Counted from the first letter of the stretch, positions 1-15,079 are shown. The stretch: DNA of 64,000 nucleotides from Trichoplax adhaerens (GCF_000150275.1 NW_002060945.1:6073246-6137245), one strand, 5' to 3'. The notes: generated from the sequence alone by a model not told the origin. Numbers and translations are program-made.

Positions 1-38
1 ATATTGCAAACTGTTTCTCAAACTCATTTCTAATTACC

Positions 39-3000
39 CATAAGCTAAATCTGTGAAAACCGTCGTATCATCTGGTGCTTTGCCGTGTGAGATTCGTTCA
101 CGGTTTCCAGGAGAACCAACAACAAGAACTGTTGCGAATTTCGGATTAACAAAGCGATTTTTATCGGCTTGATGATCTATTTCATCCATATAAGCTACGA
201 CATAAATTAGTGAAAAAAGAAAATCAGTTACGTCAAAAGAAAATATGGATTAATTCGAATTAAATGTACACATAAATCCTAAAGATAGACTTACTTGGAT
301 AAAGACGTTGATAATTGTGCTGATGTCCACAGATAAATAAGTCGACTCCGTATTTATGCAGCAATGGAGAGAATTTCGAGAAATCTGTGCGATCCATCCA
401 CCATGCCTAACAAATATTACATTGGAAATTGACAAGGATAATAAAGTTGGTAATAAGTTCTTACATTGCCAGCTACTAATAACGTTACAAGTTCTTAATA
501 AATTTCAAACTACAAAATTATCGTAATTGCTAATTAATTACCTTATGGGCCAACATAATGATCCATGGAGTTTTATCACGATTCTCATTGGCCTGTAAAA
601 AAATCATGAATATTGTTACTGTGTGATAACCATAACTCTTCAAATTAAATCCTATTCATTTATTTTCAACTTAATTTACAAAGTTCAACAATACCAACAG
701 CAAACTATATGAATTATTTACTTTACTATGCTATTTTCTTTACCTTCTTTAAATCTTTAGCTAGCCATTCTATTTGGCGTTCAATTTGTACCTATTGATT
801 TTATTAAAGTCAGAGATGGAAATATAGTTTCACTACATAAGCCGAGTTAAGTTATTATGCGATAATAGAGTAGGAAATCAGTACCGGATCCGAATAGTAC
901 GCGTAAACTTCCGTATCGATCGCAACAAAGTGGATGTTATCCTGGTCAAAGCTATACCTGTAGCATTTGAATGATAAATATATAAAAAATTTATAATATT
1001 TCAATCCGTAAATAATAAATTAGTAGTACCGTTGATCTTCATTAAATAATTATTACTTCTTGAAAAGAGACTATAATGAAATTTGGTAGAGCATATTTTA
1101 AGTATCTCATTGAATTCAATCTTCAATACGCGTATGCATTGAGTAAAACAGGATAATATTCTCAACTAATAACTTAATAATAAAGCTTATCCACATAATT
1201 GTATATAATCATGAGCCAATTATTTAGATATTAATAATAATTACGTTAGAAATAGGTACATAGATCATTTAAAAATATTTCCAAATTATTTATTTACGCC
1301 CTTTCGACGTAACGATGACCTTATTAATGTATTTGAGTTAAATTTACTTATTCATGAGCCCATACAAAGAATTTAAGATTTTTTGTACTTTATATTTTGT
1401 TTACCAGCAGTTCATAAACAGTAGATAAAATATATATGAGCAGCCTCTTAATATGCATATTGTAGTTATATCAGAATCATTAAGCTGATAGATTTTAAAT
1501 AAAATAATGGTAATTAACTTTCCACCAAAGTTAAAGCATTAAAAATTTTTTCTAAATAAATAATATAAGCGATATTTTAGAGTCTAAATGCGATAGGTCA
1601 TCTAATTTTAAATTAAATCTATAATAGAACGAAAATAAAAATAAAAAACTTTGCACTAATATTATGAGGTTGAAAAACACTTTCGTAAATGAAGTGATGC
1701 TTTTACTCCAAATAATTAGTAACTATGCATTATAAGTAGTAATTTATGTTTGTCTTTTAATTTCGATCAGTCATGAATATAATAATGTTCTATCAATCTG
1801 TTCTAACTATTTATAGATAAATGTCTATTCCATCTTGTAGATGATTTTAGTCATCATTTAAGTGGTGGATAAAATTTAAATGAAATGACTCACCATAAGT
1901 TTGTATTGCTACCACTGTTGATACCAACGCCAGCTGCCATACCGGCATAACGATTTTGGTATTGAGAGAAATTGCTATAATGCTAAGTAGATAGTAAAAG
2001 ATATGCATAAGTCACAATAATTATAACCTTCTAGTCATACTATTTATATCGGTGATAGATTAATCATAAATCAGCAAGTAAAATTCATTTTACCTCATGA
2101 TTACCGGGTAAGACCATGTAAGGTGTTGTTGTGGTTAAAGGTTGAATCATTCTAAGAAATCTATTAAATCATATTAACAAACAGCAATTAATGATGATCT
2201 AATAACTTAATAGCGAAATGACTAGTTTATATTTCAAGCTTGTGTAATAATGATAATTTTATTATACTGTAGATCAACTAACTTATCTCCCGTTCTGCCA
2301 TAATCGTCATGTAAATCATACGCGATATCTTACAATTATTGAAGAATACCCATATTCGATAAACACCAAGCATATAGTATAATGAAAAGAGAGGAGCAGA
2401 TAAGTCAAAAAATTAGCATATTAGCCTATAATAAAGTTGATTAAAAATGAAATCAATTGTCTTACCCCCAACATGTAGAAACATATCGAACTGTCTTTCT
2501 TGCATTTCCGTAACTAACTGGTTGAAACTAACATCATTTTTCAGTCCAAAATCGCCGTAGACCTGATAATTGTTACACATATTGTTTACTAAGCCGTATT
2601 AAGAACTGATAAAACTACTATATCAAATAAAACCGTACGTTATATTTATAATTAATGAGGAAAAATAATTAAATTAAGTAAATTAGAAATTTAACTTCTA
2701 ATAAATTTGCAATATACATTGTTCGGCGAGTGTTTATGATACTGTTCCAATTGATTTATAGTAATAAAACCTATATTTCATAGTTTATAGTTGAAAGGTA
2801 TTCTATCACAGGTTATTATTAATGCTATTTGATAGGAGCAAGATTTACTATTTGGATGATGCTAATGTGTTTTCAACTTATAACATTAAATATCAAGATA
2901 AGCCATTCACTCTTTATCCAATCCTACATAATACTGTAATTTAGCCGTATTCAACACGAACAAATTTAAATATGCTCTATTCTTGAAGCAGTATAGTTAG

Positions 3001-6000
3001 TAATATTTAAATTAACGGTGTCAAGCTTATGAAACATTTTAAATTACAAAATTAATCATCTATATCATATTCAGCAGGATATGATAATTTAAAAATTTAT
3101 TATTATCATAGTTATATAACTAGAATAGACTTTAGGTAAATAATAAGTAACTTACGCCATATCTTTGTGGCTTCTTTTGTGTAGTAAAATTATACACAGA
3201 GCTTGAGCAACCGTCTGCAGATGCTTGGTAGTAATACGTCTTGTTAATCTTTAAATCAGTAAGCTAAGAAAGTATAAATGATATGTCTTGTAAATTTAAT
3301 ACATGTTAAAGCCTTCAACTATAGGTATAGAGTAATGATAACGAAATATAAAACAGGGTGATAAATTAATTATCAACAATACAATAGTAAGAGCGATATA
3401 ATAGATCTCTATAAAACCTAAACTTCATTCGCATTTCTAATATCAAATGTGCAATCAATTCACCATCCCTTATCCATCTCAAAAACAACTTTTAAAATTC
3501 ATATAGCGACTACAACATACTGTAGTACTACAGTCTATTTTCATACTTCAACAAACTACCGATGCCTGCACTTGAAAACCGGATTTATTTCAAAACTATC
3601 GATATTACATTAAGTAGTATCTACTTATAAGGATAAAATAGATATCGAATTTTAGTTTTAAAAATTGGAATGAGTACCGTAAAATGTCAGGCAGTTACAC
3701 TAGCAACGGCAGCAATTTACGATAACCCTTTATTTTAGCCTAACTGACGTAGAACATTTATTCAATAAGCTGTTGATCGGCGGACTCGATTACAATTTTC
3801 ATAAATGTAAATATATGGATAATTGGTCATATGCAAATGAAAGAAACAAGTTCTTGAAGTCTTTATAATAACCCTTTACTTAATAATAAATAATGTACTG
3901 ATGAATTTATCACTAAACGAAATTCAAAGTAAAAATGTCAAGATTTTGACGAAAACTAAAAAAATGAAGTAATCTTACATGATTTACTTATAGAAATATT
4001 ATTTAGATTCTTCGTCTAGATATTGCCACATAATCTTTCGGTTGAAGCAATCGATCGCAGAATTAACTTAAAAAGTACTACAACTAGTTACTAATTGGGA
4101 ATTTTAAACAGATCTAATATTGAAAGAAATAAAAATGCTACAAACGACGCTAAGAAGATGACAGCCTCTGTGCTAGAGGTTTTTCAGTAAGGTACCTTAT
4201 TTTTAAATTAATGTGCTCTTATTTATGAGTGTTTGATTGAAGCTAAAATATGTAGAACTTTATACCGCTAATCGATATCAATTTCGCTCACGCTGAATAT
4301 ATAGAGTAGATGATTTCTAGTTAAAGGGAAAAATTTACTTCAGTCTATATCAGATTAGAGATATCGTTGTTATACTTTGCAGCTAGTAAATATTTCGTAT
4401 ACTAATGAAAGTAGACATTGCGATACAAGTAGATATATTCAAAAATGAATTAATTAGAATAGCAAAAAGAAATTTGAGGTTAAACCAGATAATTTTTATG
4501 ATTAAGGAAGATTTCTCTAAAGTCTTGACATAAATTTGTTAGACATTCAATTTATTGTCTTACTATTCAGAATAATATTCTACTTTACTTATGAAACAAT
4601 TCCGTGTAAATGAGATTCTCTATTAGTCAGGCGAATTAATAGTCTTGACGATAGTGTAGATCTTCAATAATGAATAATTATAAATTGCACAAATTAATAT
4701 GTCAGTTTTTTATTGTATAGGAATTAACTTGAAAACTTCTAGAAATATTCCGAAATTTAGTAGTGGCCCTTTCTAATTACTAACGAAAGAAAAATTGCTA
4801 TTCTATTTAACAAGCTTTATCAATTCCTGGTGAACTATTATAATCTATAGTAGTAGGTTATCCTTCCACTCAATGTCCAATTATCGATAATAATTTAATC
4901 CCTTTTCTCCTTAAATTGCCATACCGTTAATAAAGAAAACAAGATTTTAATCGATACAGCACTAAAATTTCGACTTTCATTTTGATCGGAACGATAGAAT
5001 ATTATCTTAAATTAAGTCGCCTTTTGATATTGATGATGTTTTTCAAGCATACTACCACGTCTGTGTACTTAGAATTAAGTATAGAAGTTTTTCAAATTTC
5101 TATCAGGCAATCATTGTATCTGAGAATTAATGTAGAAGAAGACTAATCAAGTACGAGATTTAATGCGATGTAGATAGGCCGTCAGGTCTGCATACACGTA
5201 GAAGAAGACTAATCAAGTACGAAATTTAATGCGATGTAGATCGGCCATCAGTTCTGCATACACGTAGTCAAATCTAGAAAGTTTTGAATTTTTATCGACA
5301 GTTGCATCTGAGAAGTGATGTAAAGTATGACTGATAATATTATATAAACTTATGTACGATATAACATCAAGACTGTATCTAAGGAACTATTTAATTCTGT
5401 TACGGAAATTATCTAAATTTTATTCCTTAAACCAGTCTCAGGATATTTCTACTGATGACCTTGACAGCAGTAGTATGAGCCTTTTGATTTCTGAGGAAAC
5501 AATTTACCGCGTGCAAATAACTAAGATGTCTGATCACGATGGCGCTATCTGATCGCATTTAACTTCAATATGTGGAAAACATTTCAGAGACTACATAAAT
5601 CCCAGTTTAAAATAAAACGAAAGACAAGTCTGTAAAGTATTATTATTATAAAAACCTTCGATGACCTTATCAATGACATTTCCACTCGAATAGCTAGAAT
5701 AGATTCGTATTTTTCAGTAATTTTCATGTTGAGTATGAAAGAAGCAATACTGATCATGATGAATTTGACCTCCTAACTCTGTTCAAGGGGTACATGTTTG
5801 CAGTTTACCTTATTCGCAGATTTGGTTAAATTAACCCCTACTTGTAAACTAAAGTTTTATCACATTTGAAATTTGAAGGTGGAAGTAGCAGTAACTAATT
5901 TCGCCCGTACTTATGATTACCTATTTATCTTTCATGAGATATATACATAGTCATGACGTTAGTTACTGTATGTAAAGCAGATTGAAAATGAAAAGATCGG

Positions 6001-6744
6001 ACTACCATTCACGATGATGAATTGAATACTACTGCTTTCCATGATGCCTATTTCCAGATGCTCAAATTTCTTCTCTAGCAATAGTATGTAGGGCATTTTA
6101 CCCGTTTCGATAAGAGCTATTATTATTTTCATTTTTGGAGCTGAGGAATAATACGTGCTAATATTTGATCATCGAATGATTACTTCTCATTGACGAGTTA
6201 ATAGACTGGAATGAACCATCAAACAAGTTGAGAATCAACAGAGATGAGTTAAAAGAACAGAATAATGTTTTTTATCGATTGAAGTACATAATCAAGCATG
6301 TTGAGAATCAACAAAGAGAGGAGTTAAAAGCGTAGAGTAACCTTGTTTTATTGATGGCAACGATTAAATTGACCCTAGAATTACCTTGGTGTAGAGAATG
6401 GAAATGATACGATTTCTTCTACCGGTAGCACTTTTAACGGCAGCAAATTCATGGCAATGAATTTGGCCATGTTGGGAAAGATCATTTGGATTTACACCAT
6501 ATCGCAGAGAACTTTGCGATGGACATGTTTTAATCTGAACAACGAATGAAATAACACGTTCAGAGGGTTTACCAGTAACACTTAGATGAATCTGTTCGGG
6601 TTGTCGGCAATTTCTCTCCAGAATAGAATAATCTCGGTTGTCATGATGAATATGATTACGATGATTAGATCCCGGTAGATAATAGACGACGCCAGTAAAT
6701 AGATAGATGAAAATCAAGGAGAGGATAAAGCTCGAAGACACCAT
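39..6744 (-). CDS. ACP7: Purple acid phosphatase, ACP7/PAPL type (secreted metallophosphoesterase); 3' end lies outside the window
   Basis: Manually spliced GT-AG exons: 6744-6385, 3263-3156, 2562-2466, 2328-2283, 2160-2094, 1982-1894, 957-885, 791-744, 592-542, 406-295, 194-39. The N-terminus is hydrophobic (signal peptide-like) and is followed by the PAP N-domain motif QPEQIHLS. All five metal-ligand motifs are present: GDFG, GDIAY, GNHE, MLAH, GHQH. Confidence 0.92.
5132..5267. repeat. Tandem duplication of about 66 bp (2 copies) in ACP7 intron 1
   Basis: gtagaagaagactaatcaagtacga(g/a)atttaatgcgatgtagat...tctgcatacac occurs twice head-to-tail with few substitutions. Confidence 0.85.
6227..6360. 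repeat. Diverged tandem duplication of about 73 bp in ACP7 intron 1
   Basis: gttgagaatcaaca...gagttaaaag...tttat(c/t)gat begins at 6227 and again at 6300. Confidence 0.65.
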
Positions 6745-8367
6745 GGTGCTCCTTTAGCCTAGCAGACCGATCGAATTATTAAAAGATTGGGTCTGTTAAG
6801 ACTTAAATACATGTATCGACTTTGATCTAAATGACGTCAGCGGAAGAATGGAAAAATATAAGGCAGGTGCCTATTTGTTGATACTATTGCCACGGTCTGC
6901 CTACTCTGTCCAGTAGTGCAGTATAGTAGAATCAAGTGCATACAACAATTAAAAGCATAGAATGATGCTGAATAATTATAAATAGAGTCAATGGAGAATT
7001 CAGGACCTAAAGTTATAAATTGATTTTCTGTCAACGAATATTGATTTAAGGAGTCTGATGTGTGTATTTTATATGAATTATACATCAGATATTGTCCACT
7101 CAATAGAACAGGTGGAACTCAATTAGTACGTAGACAGTTTATTGAAACTAATGCAAGGATATTTTCGCAAGTGGTATTTTCTCCATTTATCATTTACTAA
7201 AACAAGTTCAATTCTAATCATGGCCATATTGATTTTTGAACTGAAGAATTAGTTAAGATATCGCTCTTTAAATGATTCATTGATTTTAGCCATGGATTTG
7301 GAATGAATCAAGATATGATCGATCATCCTATCGAGAAGGTTGGATCAAGCAGCTATTGAGCTCAGTATTTTAGACTTGCAATAAATGAGGCCGACTCTTG
7401 AGAGATAAAAATCTCTTCGTAATTGTAGTAAAATTTCTTTTTACTACATGTAGTCACTCGTTTCATTTTTTATCGATCAGCACTCCTTGATTTAAAATTT
7501 CTGACGGCAATCTAGCCTGTACCTAATATTGCTCTGATTATGATTGCAAGATAGGAGCATGAAAACTCGAGAATCTTTTCCTTGAAGAGTAAAGGATAAC
7601 CATCCACAATTCACGTGATTAACATGGATCTCCAAGATCTTACTCCCCGCCGACTTGTAGTCACGTTTATCCACTGTCCCTTTAAAATTGTACCATCCTG
7701 ACTATAATATCGACTACTGTACCGACTCCTTTCGAGCTATGTCCAGTCTTAAAATTCGATAAATTCAACCTATCGGAAAGATAAGGTGTTTCATCTAAGA
7801 TAGAATCGAGTTATGGTTATTTCTGGCGATAAATCTAGGTACGATGTTTCTATCTATCCCACTCACAGCGGGGGCCTAAATGCGTTTGCCTATGGAATCA
7901 AATAAGAGTCAAGAGTATAATTATTGTCGTTGCAGCTAATGACTGTAGTAAAGTGCTCTGCGTTATATATAACTAACTACTAGAGTCTAGAGAACTACAC
8001 TATTCGTAAGTTCGTACTACTCCGGAAAGCAGCAATTGAAAAAAATAATATATGAGATTAGTAATATGGACAAAAATAACAATTCACAAACGTATTAAGA
8101 AAATTCTTAAAAACAATAAATATAAACGTCTTCATTAGGGAATAATATTTAAATGTTCTACCAAACAAATCGCGAATGCTCCAATTAGGATTAATATCGA
8201 TAACAAGGTAAAAGTTAAATTACCTGAAAATATGATTAAATCTTAATCTTATTTTATAATATTTCTAAATATACGTATTATGAAAAGAACATGTGATCTA
8301 TCGCTCATACTCTTATTAGTAAATATAGTCGCTCTCAATAGCTATAATATGCAGTACTTCGATCTCA

Positions 8368-8975
8368 AGTATGGCATTAATAGCATGCAGTAATAAGGAG
8401 TCAAATTGATGATGCAACGGCTAGTTCTATCTACTGTACAGTACATATGCATCTATGTCGGCCAAATGGTCTATTTAACTATTTACTGTATACGTATATC
8501 TATATCTAGCTGCCCTACGTCTAAGGCTTCCAACAATCTGCGAATGGCTATAGCTATATATCTGCCTAATCGGTTCACAATGAACGGGAAGAGTAGCTAT
8601 TTATATCCGCTCACTATACTATACATAACATTTATACGGTATACACATATACCATCTACATGTACATATATATACATAATTATAGATATATAATGCTAAA
8701 ACATCTACTTATACTCTAAAGTATGGCGCTAATACTGTTGGCATGCAATAAAGAATAAAGCCAATGATACAACAAACGGCTAGTACTATCTACCGTATAC
8801 TGTATATGCGTCTATGCTGATCAAAGTGTCTATTTAGCTATCTATACCTATATCTATATCTAGCTGCTATATGTCTAGAGCTCCCCCAACAACCGCTGGC
8901 TATAGCTATATACAACGGTCTATATTGATTTACAAAGAACGGCAATAGCATCTACCTGTACCCGTTCGCTATAGT
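8368..8975. repeat. Diverged direct repeat of about 250 bp (period about 350 bp) in the ACP7/ZCCHC9 divergent intergenic region
   Basis: Shared blocks agtatggc..taata, gcatgca, aacggctagt.ctatctac.gta, tatatctatatctagctgc and tggctatagctatata occur in the same order at about 8368-8620 and 8720-8975. Confidence 0.75.
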
Positions 8976-9418
8976 TCAGTATATCCGCTCATAACGTACA
9001 CTACACTGTATCAAAGACTACAAGAAGGTCTTCTTCTAGTAGTTTTTGACTATGTTCATCATTTTTGGTCGATAAGGGAGCATAACTTCAGTGAAATGGA
9101 TATAGTTTCCTACTAGTGAGCCAAATATAACCAGCAAATCATCCCAGCCTACATATAGGATATTGCAACATGAATCATACAGGACTCGGTACTGTTCTGA
9201 GTCATACAGAGTAATTGTGACAGAAGGCCTGGACGCCTCGACTAGCGCAGGCGCCGTGCAGCTAGTAGTCTTTAGCTCATTGCATAGTCGTAGAGTAACT
9301 TAAATCCGACTAAAAGCAGGATTCCTTTTCTCTTTAATTCATTTTTCCGTCGGCCAATTTTGTTCTCATCATTAGCTCATTGAATAATAATTCCTCAATA
9401 CACTAGAATAAAAGAGCT

Positions 9419-11337
9419 ATGACCCGATTCGCAAGAAGCAATCAAAACAAGGGACGTAAATTGGACAAGGCTACTCCATGGAAAGAATTAAAACCTCAAT
9501 ACGCCGGTTTGTATACCATGATCATGCAGCTACTTCCTTAGCTCTGCTTTTTCATGATAGCCATTCATACTGCTGTCATTTTATACTATTCGGCCATTGA
9601 TTTCTCTTATTCAGTAATAATTATAAGACTAGATGATAGCAATGAATTGTATGCAAGAATTGATCGCAGGCTTGCAACCAGCATGGTGGACATGACATTC
9701 AGTTTAATGACAGTCAATGATGAACTACTGTATTGTAGATGCACCGAAGATGCAATAGTCTAATCCAATGCGCTGTACAGACTACCTCATTCTTTGCCCG
9801 TGCCCAACTATAAAGTATTAATTGACAGCCGCAGTTATTGGCTGAATTTCATTTAAAGATTAGCATTGCAAGCTAGCAGTAGTTACTTACATTATTATTT
9901 GAGATAGGATCTTGTATAATTTACCATTCGAGCAAGACCATTTTTGTTACTTTTCAAATTATATGACTGTAATTTGTAATTAACCTTGATCGACCGAGTA
10001 CATATTACAGCCAGAGCTGGACCATAACCATCTCTTTGATCTCACATGATTTAAAGTCACGCTGTAATAAGCAGCGATAACAGCAATGTAAAAATTATCA
10101 TTATACACGTATGCTTGTCAAACTGACATGTAAACTATGCAGTACTCGTGTTATTCTATAAAATAAATGGAAGAGTTGATACGTTTCGTCTCCATAGGCA
10201 ACAAGAATAAAAGTAAACGTCCAGATCCCGGGAGTAAAATGAAAATGCATCACATCGGTAAAGCCGATCAGGCCAAACTTCAAAAGAAAAAAACGGTAAA
10301 TTGTACATTACAATCGTTAAATATAAAATTTTGTCAGTGAACTACACTGACTATAGGAATAACAGTATACAGTACTAATAATCAGAATGACATTCGCCTC
10401 TCTCACATTACCACTGTAAGCAAATTATTTCAAAACTAATCCTTAGGTTTGCTTCAAATGTCGACAACCCGGCCACAAAGTGTCCAAATGTAAAGCAGAA
10501 AGCGGAAATAGTAGCGAAAAAATTTGCTTCAAATGTGGTTCCAGTAACCATTCCTTATATCAGTGTACCCAATATGATCAATCACGTCGTGATGGTAAAT
10601 ATCCGTTCAATTATTCTCTTACCTTATAGACGTGCCCCTATAATTATCTTAATTTAATCTATATATCCTGATTATAGTATTACTAAAATAAAATTAAATA
10701 ATATGCTATTGTCTAGATCCATTGCCCTTTGCAAAGTGTTTTATATGTCAAGGTGTTGGTCACTTATCAAAATCTTGCCCAGACAATCCTAGAGGATTGT
10801 ATCCGTTAGGTAAATTAGACAATAAGTCAATATCGTTCAATGTTATATCTACAAATATACAGAAATATAACAATCGTAGATTTCGACCCTCTTGCATATA
10901 ACTTGTAGTCAAGTCCATAGAGGTAAAAGGAAAGCTACCTCTATCATTAAGTCGGATAATATAAAAAGTTAGTTTATACGAATAAAAGCTAAGACTTTTT
11001 GGCAATAGGTGGATCCTGTAAACTATGTGGATCCGTAGAGCACTTTCACAGAGATTGCCCCATGAGACACAAAGGTATTTATGTTGATAACTTCATGTAT
11101 AGGTTCAGGACATCTTATTCTGAATGCGATTTATGATATAATAAATAAACCGTGCTATAGAAGTCAGTCTATTTAACGTTATTCCAATGTTCTTTAATAG
11201 AAGAAGAAAGCGAATTGAAATTACGTGTTTTAAATTCAACCGTGAGCGCAGATGATGATGGTATGGTAACGATTTCTAAATCGATTAAAACTAACTTTTC
11301 TAAAGCTAAGGGAAGACCCAAAATTGTTCGATTTTGA
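9419..11337 (+). CDS. ZCCHC9: Zinc finger CCHC domain-containing protein 9 (four zinc knuckles)
   Basis: Exons 9419-9506, 10198-10295, 10447-10594, 10717-10809, 11009-11074, 11201-11337. The N-terminus MTRFAR...ATPWKEL matches the family MTRWAR...ATSWEDM. Knuckles are CFKCRQPGHKVSKC, CFKCGSSNHSLYQC, PFAKCFICQGVGHLSKSCPDNPRGLYP and GGSCKLCGSVEHFHRDCP. The C-terminus is SADD...PKIVRF*. Confidence 0.92.
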
Positions 11338-12236
11338 AAAGCGCAGATAGCGCAGCCTATTTGTAATAAAATTGACGGGAACAAATGTATAAGCTATAAT
11401 GAAACCTTGAATGTTACTGCAACAGTAGCTACTTCATTAAAAATCAAGGCCAATAACAATTCCTTGAATCAATGCTTCATTATTTAACTGTATCATACAT
11501 TTATTTTGTTGTACTCGATAAAATAATACACACTTCTGAAATTATGTACTTGCAATTAGCTCACACTTGGTACGGCTAAGAAAAAATAAAAAGTATATTA
11601 TGCAACTTATACCTAAATAGATGCAGTATAAGCTATATATAAATTACTTTTTAAAATTGCCTTTTCATTACAACAGGTAAGAAGTTGTGTATATTAATTG
11701 ATGACTATAATAGCAATGTAAATCTTGTACGTCCTTTTATTGATGTTATAGTAACATATAAATTTTACTACTAATATTAGATTCGAAGCAGAAGCACAGT
11801 ACTGTTCAATTGTAATGCACTGACAATGCGATACTTTTATTACAGAAAATTGATATTCTAAAGAAAGCATAAACTGTAAATAAAGTTGCTAGAGTTTTGA
11901 TTGTAACGACTAATGCGTTCAAATTGATTAAAACCTTTTGTAATAATATTGCCAAGCTTTTAACGCAAATAGCTAAACATGTTATGACTACCAAATTACC
12001 GTTATAATGCTTGTAAGGTAACGAATATTGTAGTAAGAATTAAATAAAGTACAATTAATCTAGCTTTATATATTGATATTCACATGTTAAAATACATATA
12101 TAATTAGATTTTAATTGCCCTAAGCAATCTATACTATAGCCATAGCAAAAATTAATAGATCAAGGCTATGCGATATCTATGCGTGCACATGCACCCTTTA
12201 AAAATTTTCATTTCTAACTAATACGAATATAATAAA

Positions 12237-14765
12237 TTAAGTCTTCGTTACCATCCCAACAACGACGGTAATATCATCTATAATTCCGCCATATTCAATA
12301 TCAAGATCATCTATTATTTTACCACCAGTTCTTCTGCTATGGCTGGGTGCAATCCTAGATAAATTGTAGAACATAAAGGTAAATCTACATTAGCAAACAC
12401 TATAATCATTCTATACGTGTAATCTCCAATTAATAATACTGTAATAACAGCAATATTTAGATTAGTGATTATCATTAGATGGAATAAGGGGTTAAAATAT
12501 CTATACAATTATAATCATAGTAATAAGACACAATTGCTCACCTATCAGGCCTACTAGCCAATTGATAAGCTCTACTACAAAGTATACGAGCAGCACCAAG
12601 AGCGTCATTAATATTCTAAAGAAGAAAAAAAGATTATACCCTCGTATGTAACCTAATACAGCAATAGCATTTCCACGTAGAAGAGGTAGCCAACGTTGCT
12701 AATGTACACGTAAATACTGTATATTTCACCCAATATAAAAAGAAGAGGCATACAGAAATTGTAAATACAATAGTTGATAGGTTATTGTTATTGAATTAGC
12801 TGATATACACTTTTTAATCACTTACGTGCATATCATTTAACTCTTCTATCAATTCTTCATCATATAAATTATCGATAAAACCATCAGTTGCAGCTATTAT
12901 ATGATCATTTTCTTTTAACTCAAATGTGCTCAAGGTAGCATCGGATATTCTATAAGGATCATCAAAGGTAAATCTTTTTTAAATCGCTATACTAGACCGT
13001 AGCCTATCTTCTAATCGTATTATAATCGTTTAAATAGTTCATAGACTATTTACTTAAAAGAGTGTAACTTTAGAATATATGATTACTTCCCTGGATTAAC
13101 TTACTTGCTAGAGATTGTTGTGTTCGGCGCCGACGGTGGCACAATAGCAAGTTGATATGGCGCATCTCTTGAGTATAACTGATAATTTGGTGTGTGCAGT
13201 AACTGCGTATCTCTCACCAAATAGAAGCTACTATCGCCCAACGTTAACGATTTCAATGTTCCTTCGAATTTATTTAATATTAGCAGACAAACAGTCGCAC
13301 TCCCTAAGGATAATAAAAATTCACGATGCTATTAGATTATCCAAAATAATGTTAACGGTCAAATTTTAAATCGTTTTTAAAGGATAAACTATCTCTAAAA
13401 AATAAAAAGAATAGGGCAAAATTTACAGATTAAAGATACAGCAAAATCAACTATACTGTACAACCGATACGTATAGTTATTAACCGCTACTTGAGCAGTA
13501 GCAAATATGACATTATTAATTTATTCATCACTGGCTCTCATGTCATTAAATGATTGAAAAATATCTAAGATTATACGAGGACTAAAAGTACAATTTGTAT
13601 GAGATTGAGTTAACTAACTAACCTCCTTCCACTTGTTTATCATGTATCAGTTTATCGTAGCTATCATTCAACAAAGATAACGGATCGCTGTATCCCTTGG
13701 TCATCATCAATTGATGACAATTGTCCATTAAAGTTGTTGGGAATATCGTAGGATCATAACCTGCAGATCTCCATTGACCAACGCCATCAGCAACACCTAT
13801 ACAAAATACATCATAAACACTTCAAATAAACGCATCAACGGTCGATAACTTAATGTATCTATAAACATAAGTCGATTAATATAAAGGAGCAGTTGGAGAA
13901 TTACTGAAATCATAGCAGAAAATTGCTGCTAATGAAATTGCATAGTAACGATTATTCAAAAATTGGGGCCCATGAGTTAAGTGTAGACTGGCTCACTGAC
14001 TAACTAACTAAGGGATTCATAATCAAGTCAACTTGGCAACTATATCACTTGTTTATGACAGCAATCTCACTCTCGAGGAGAACTACAATGCAATAAGTAT
14101 AATACTGGTGGTAGACCTTCGCTATTGCACTTTGAATAGGTGCCGTTTTACAGGCATTACAGTATACTATCACAGGTTACAACGCTATAACAGATCAGCT
14201 TTGATAAACGTTTCTGTGATGATATATTGAACGGCGAAAGATTAGAGCTTTATAATCGACTAGAACGCTCGCTTAATGATGTCTGCATACGCCTCAGACG
14301 GATGAAACGATTTTTATATCATTATACTGCAATCTGAGTCCACCTGAAATGATCGTGTATCATCGCCTAAAAGCAATGTTCATAAATACCCTTATGTAAT
14401 CTTTCATATCAAGTAGTCTATGTTAATGTCTACTCCATGATCATAAAAATAATAATCCTTGTATATACATGCATATACACATATCATTTCAAATCACGGT
14501 GACAAATAATACGAGTGCACAGAGCGCGGCTCATTTTAACAAACAAGATTGACCAACCGATAGCATAGTAATCTCCAGCGTCAGCCAGGAAAAATGCATC
14601 TTCACACGGCCGCTTAAGGACACGAGGTTTAGAATCGCCACCAGCTAATACATCAAATTTTCTTGCTGGCGACGTTCTTGTATTCGTTACGAGTAGTCTT
14701 GATGTGCTTTTAATCCATTGATCAGGTTGTTTATTGAGTAATCTTCTTAGCGTAGACGATAACAT
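12237..14765 (-). CDS. PPTC7: PP2C-family phosphatase, PTC7 homolog (probably mitochondrial)
   Basis: Exons 14765-14558, 13796-13623, 13303-13105, 12949-12826, 12615-12542, 12354-12237. Motifs are CEDAFF, GVADGVGQW, GGSATVC, LGDS, PYQL, ATDGFIDNL and GGIIDDITVV. The N-terminus MLSSTLRRLL... is rich in Arg/Ser/Leu like a mitochondrial presequence. Confidence 0.88.
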
Positions 14766-15079
14766 TTTATTGATATCTACAGATAACGATCGGAAAAGTT
14801 GATGAAAGTATTTGAGGTAGTTTACCAAGCTATGCCCCCTACGACATCCGGCATGAGTACATTACTCTTTTTATAAGCCAATGTCTGGTAAGGCTGTCAA
14901 TCGTTTTCTATCTATTATACTATAATCAATCGCTCCAAAGTACTCTAATCATGTAATATGGATGGGTTATATCCTTCTATCACTAGACCAACAATTTTCC
15001 CACAATATCCACCCTTTCCATCAACACCGGACGATAATTATGATGTCTTCAAAAGTGGTACTTCGCTTTGCACGTGACC

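Noticed and set aside
2715-2770. Exon-like open stretch inside an ACP7 intron
   Set aside because: Its phase is incompatible, and exons 2 and 3 already join directly (QRYG|VYGDFG).
7671-7685. ccactgtccctttaa, resembling a TTAA-flanked DNA-transposon terminus
   Set aside because: No matching inverted terminus was found nearby.
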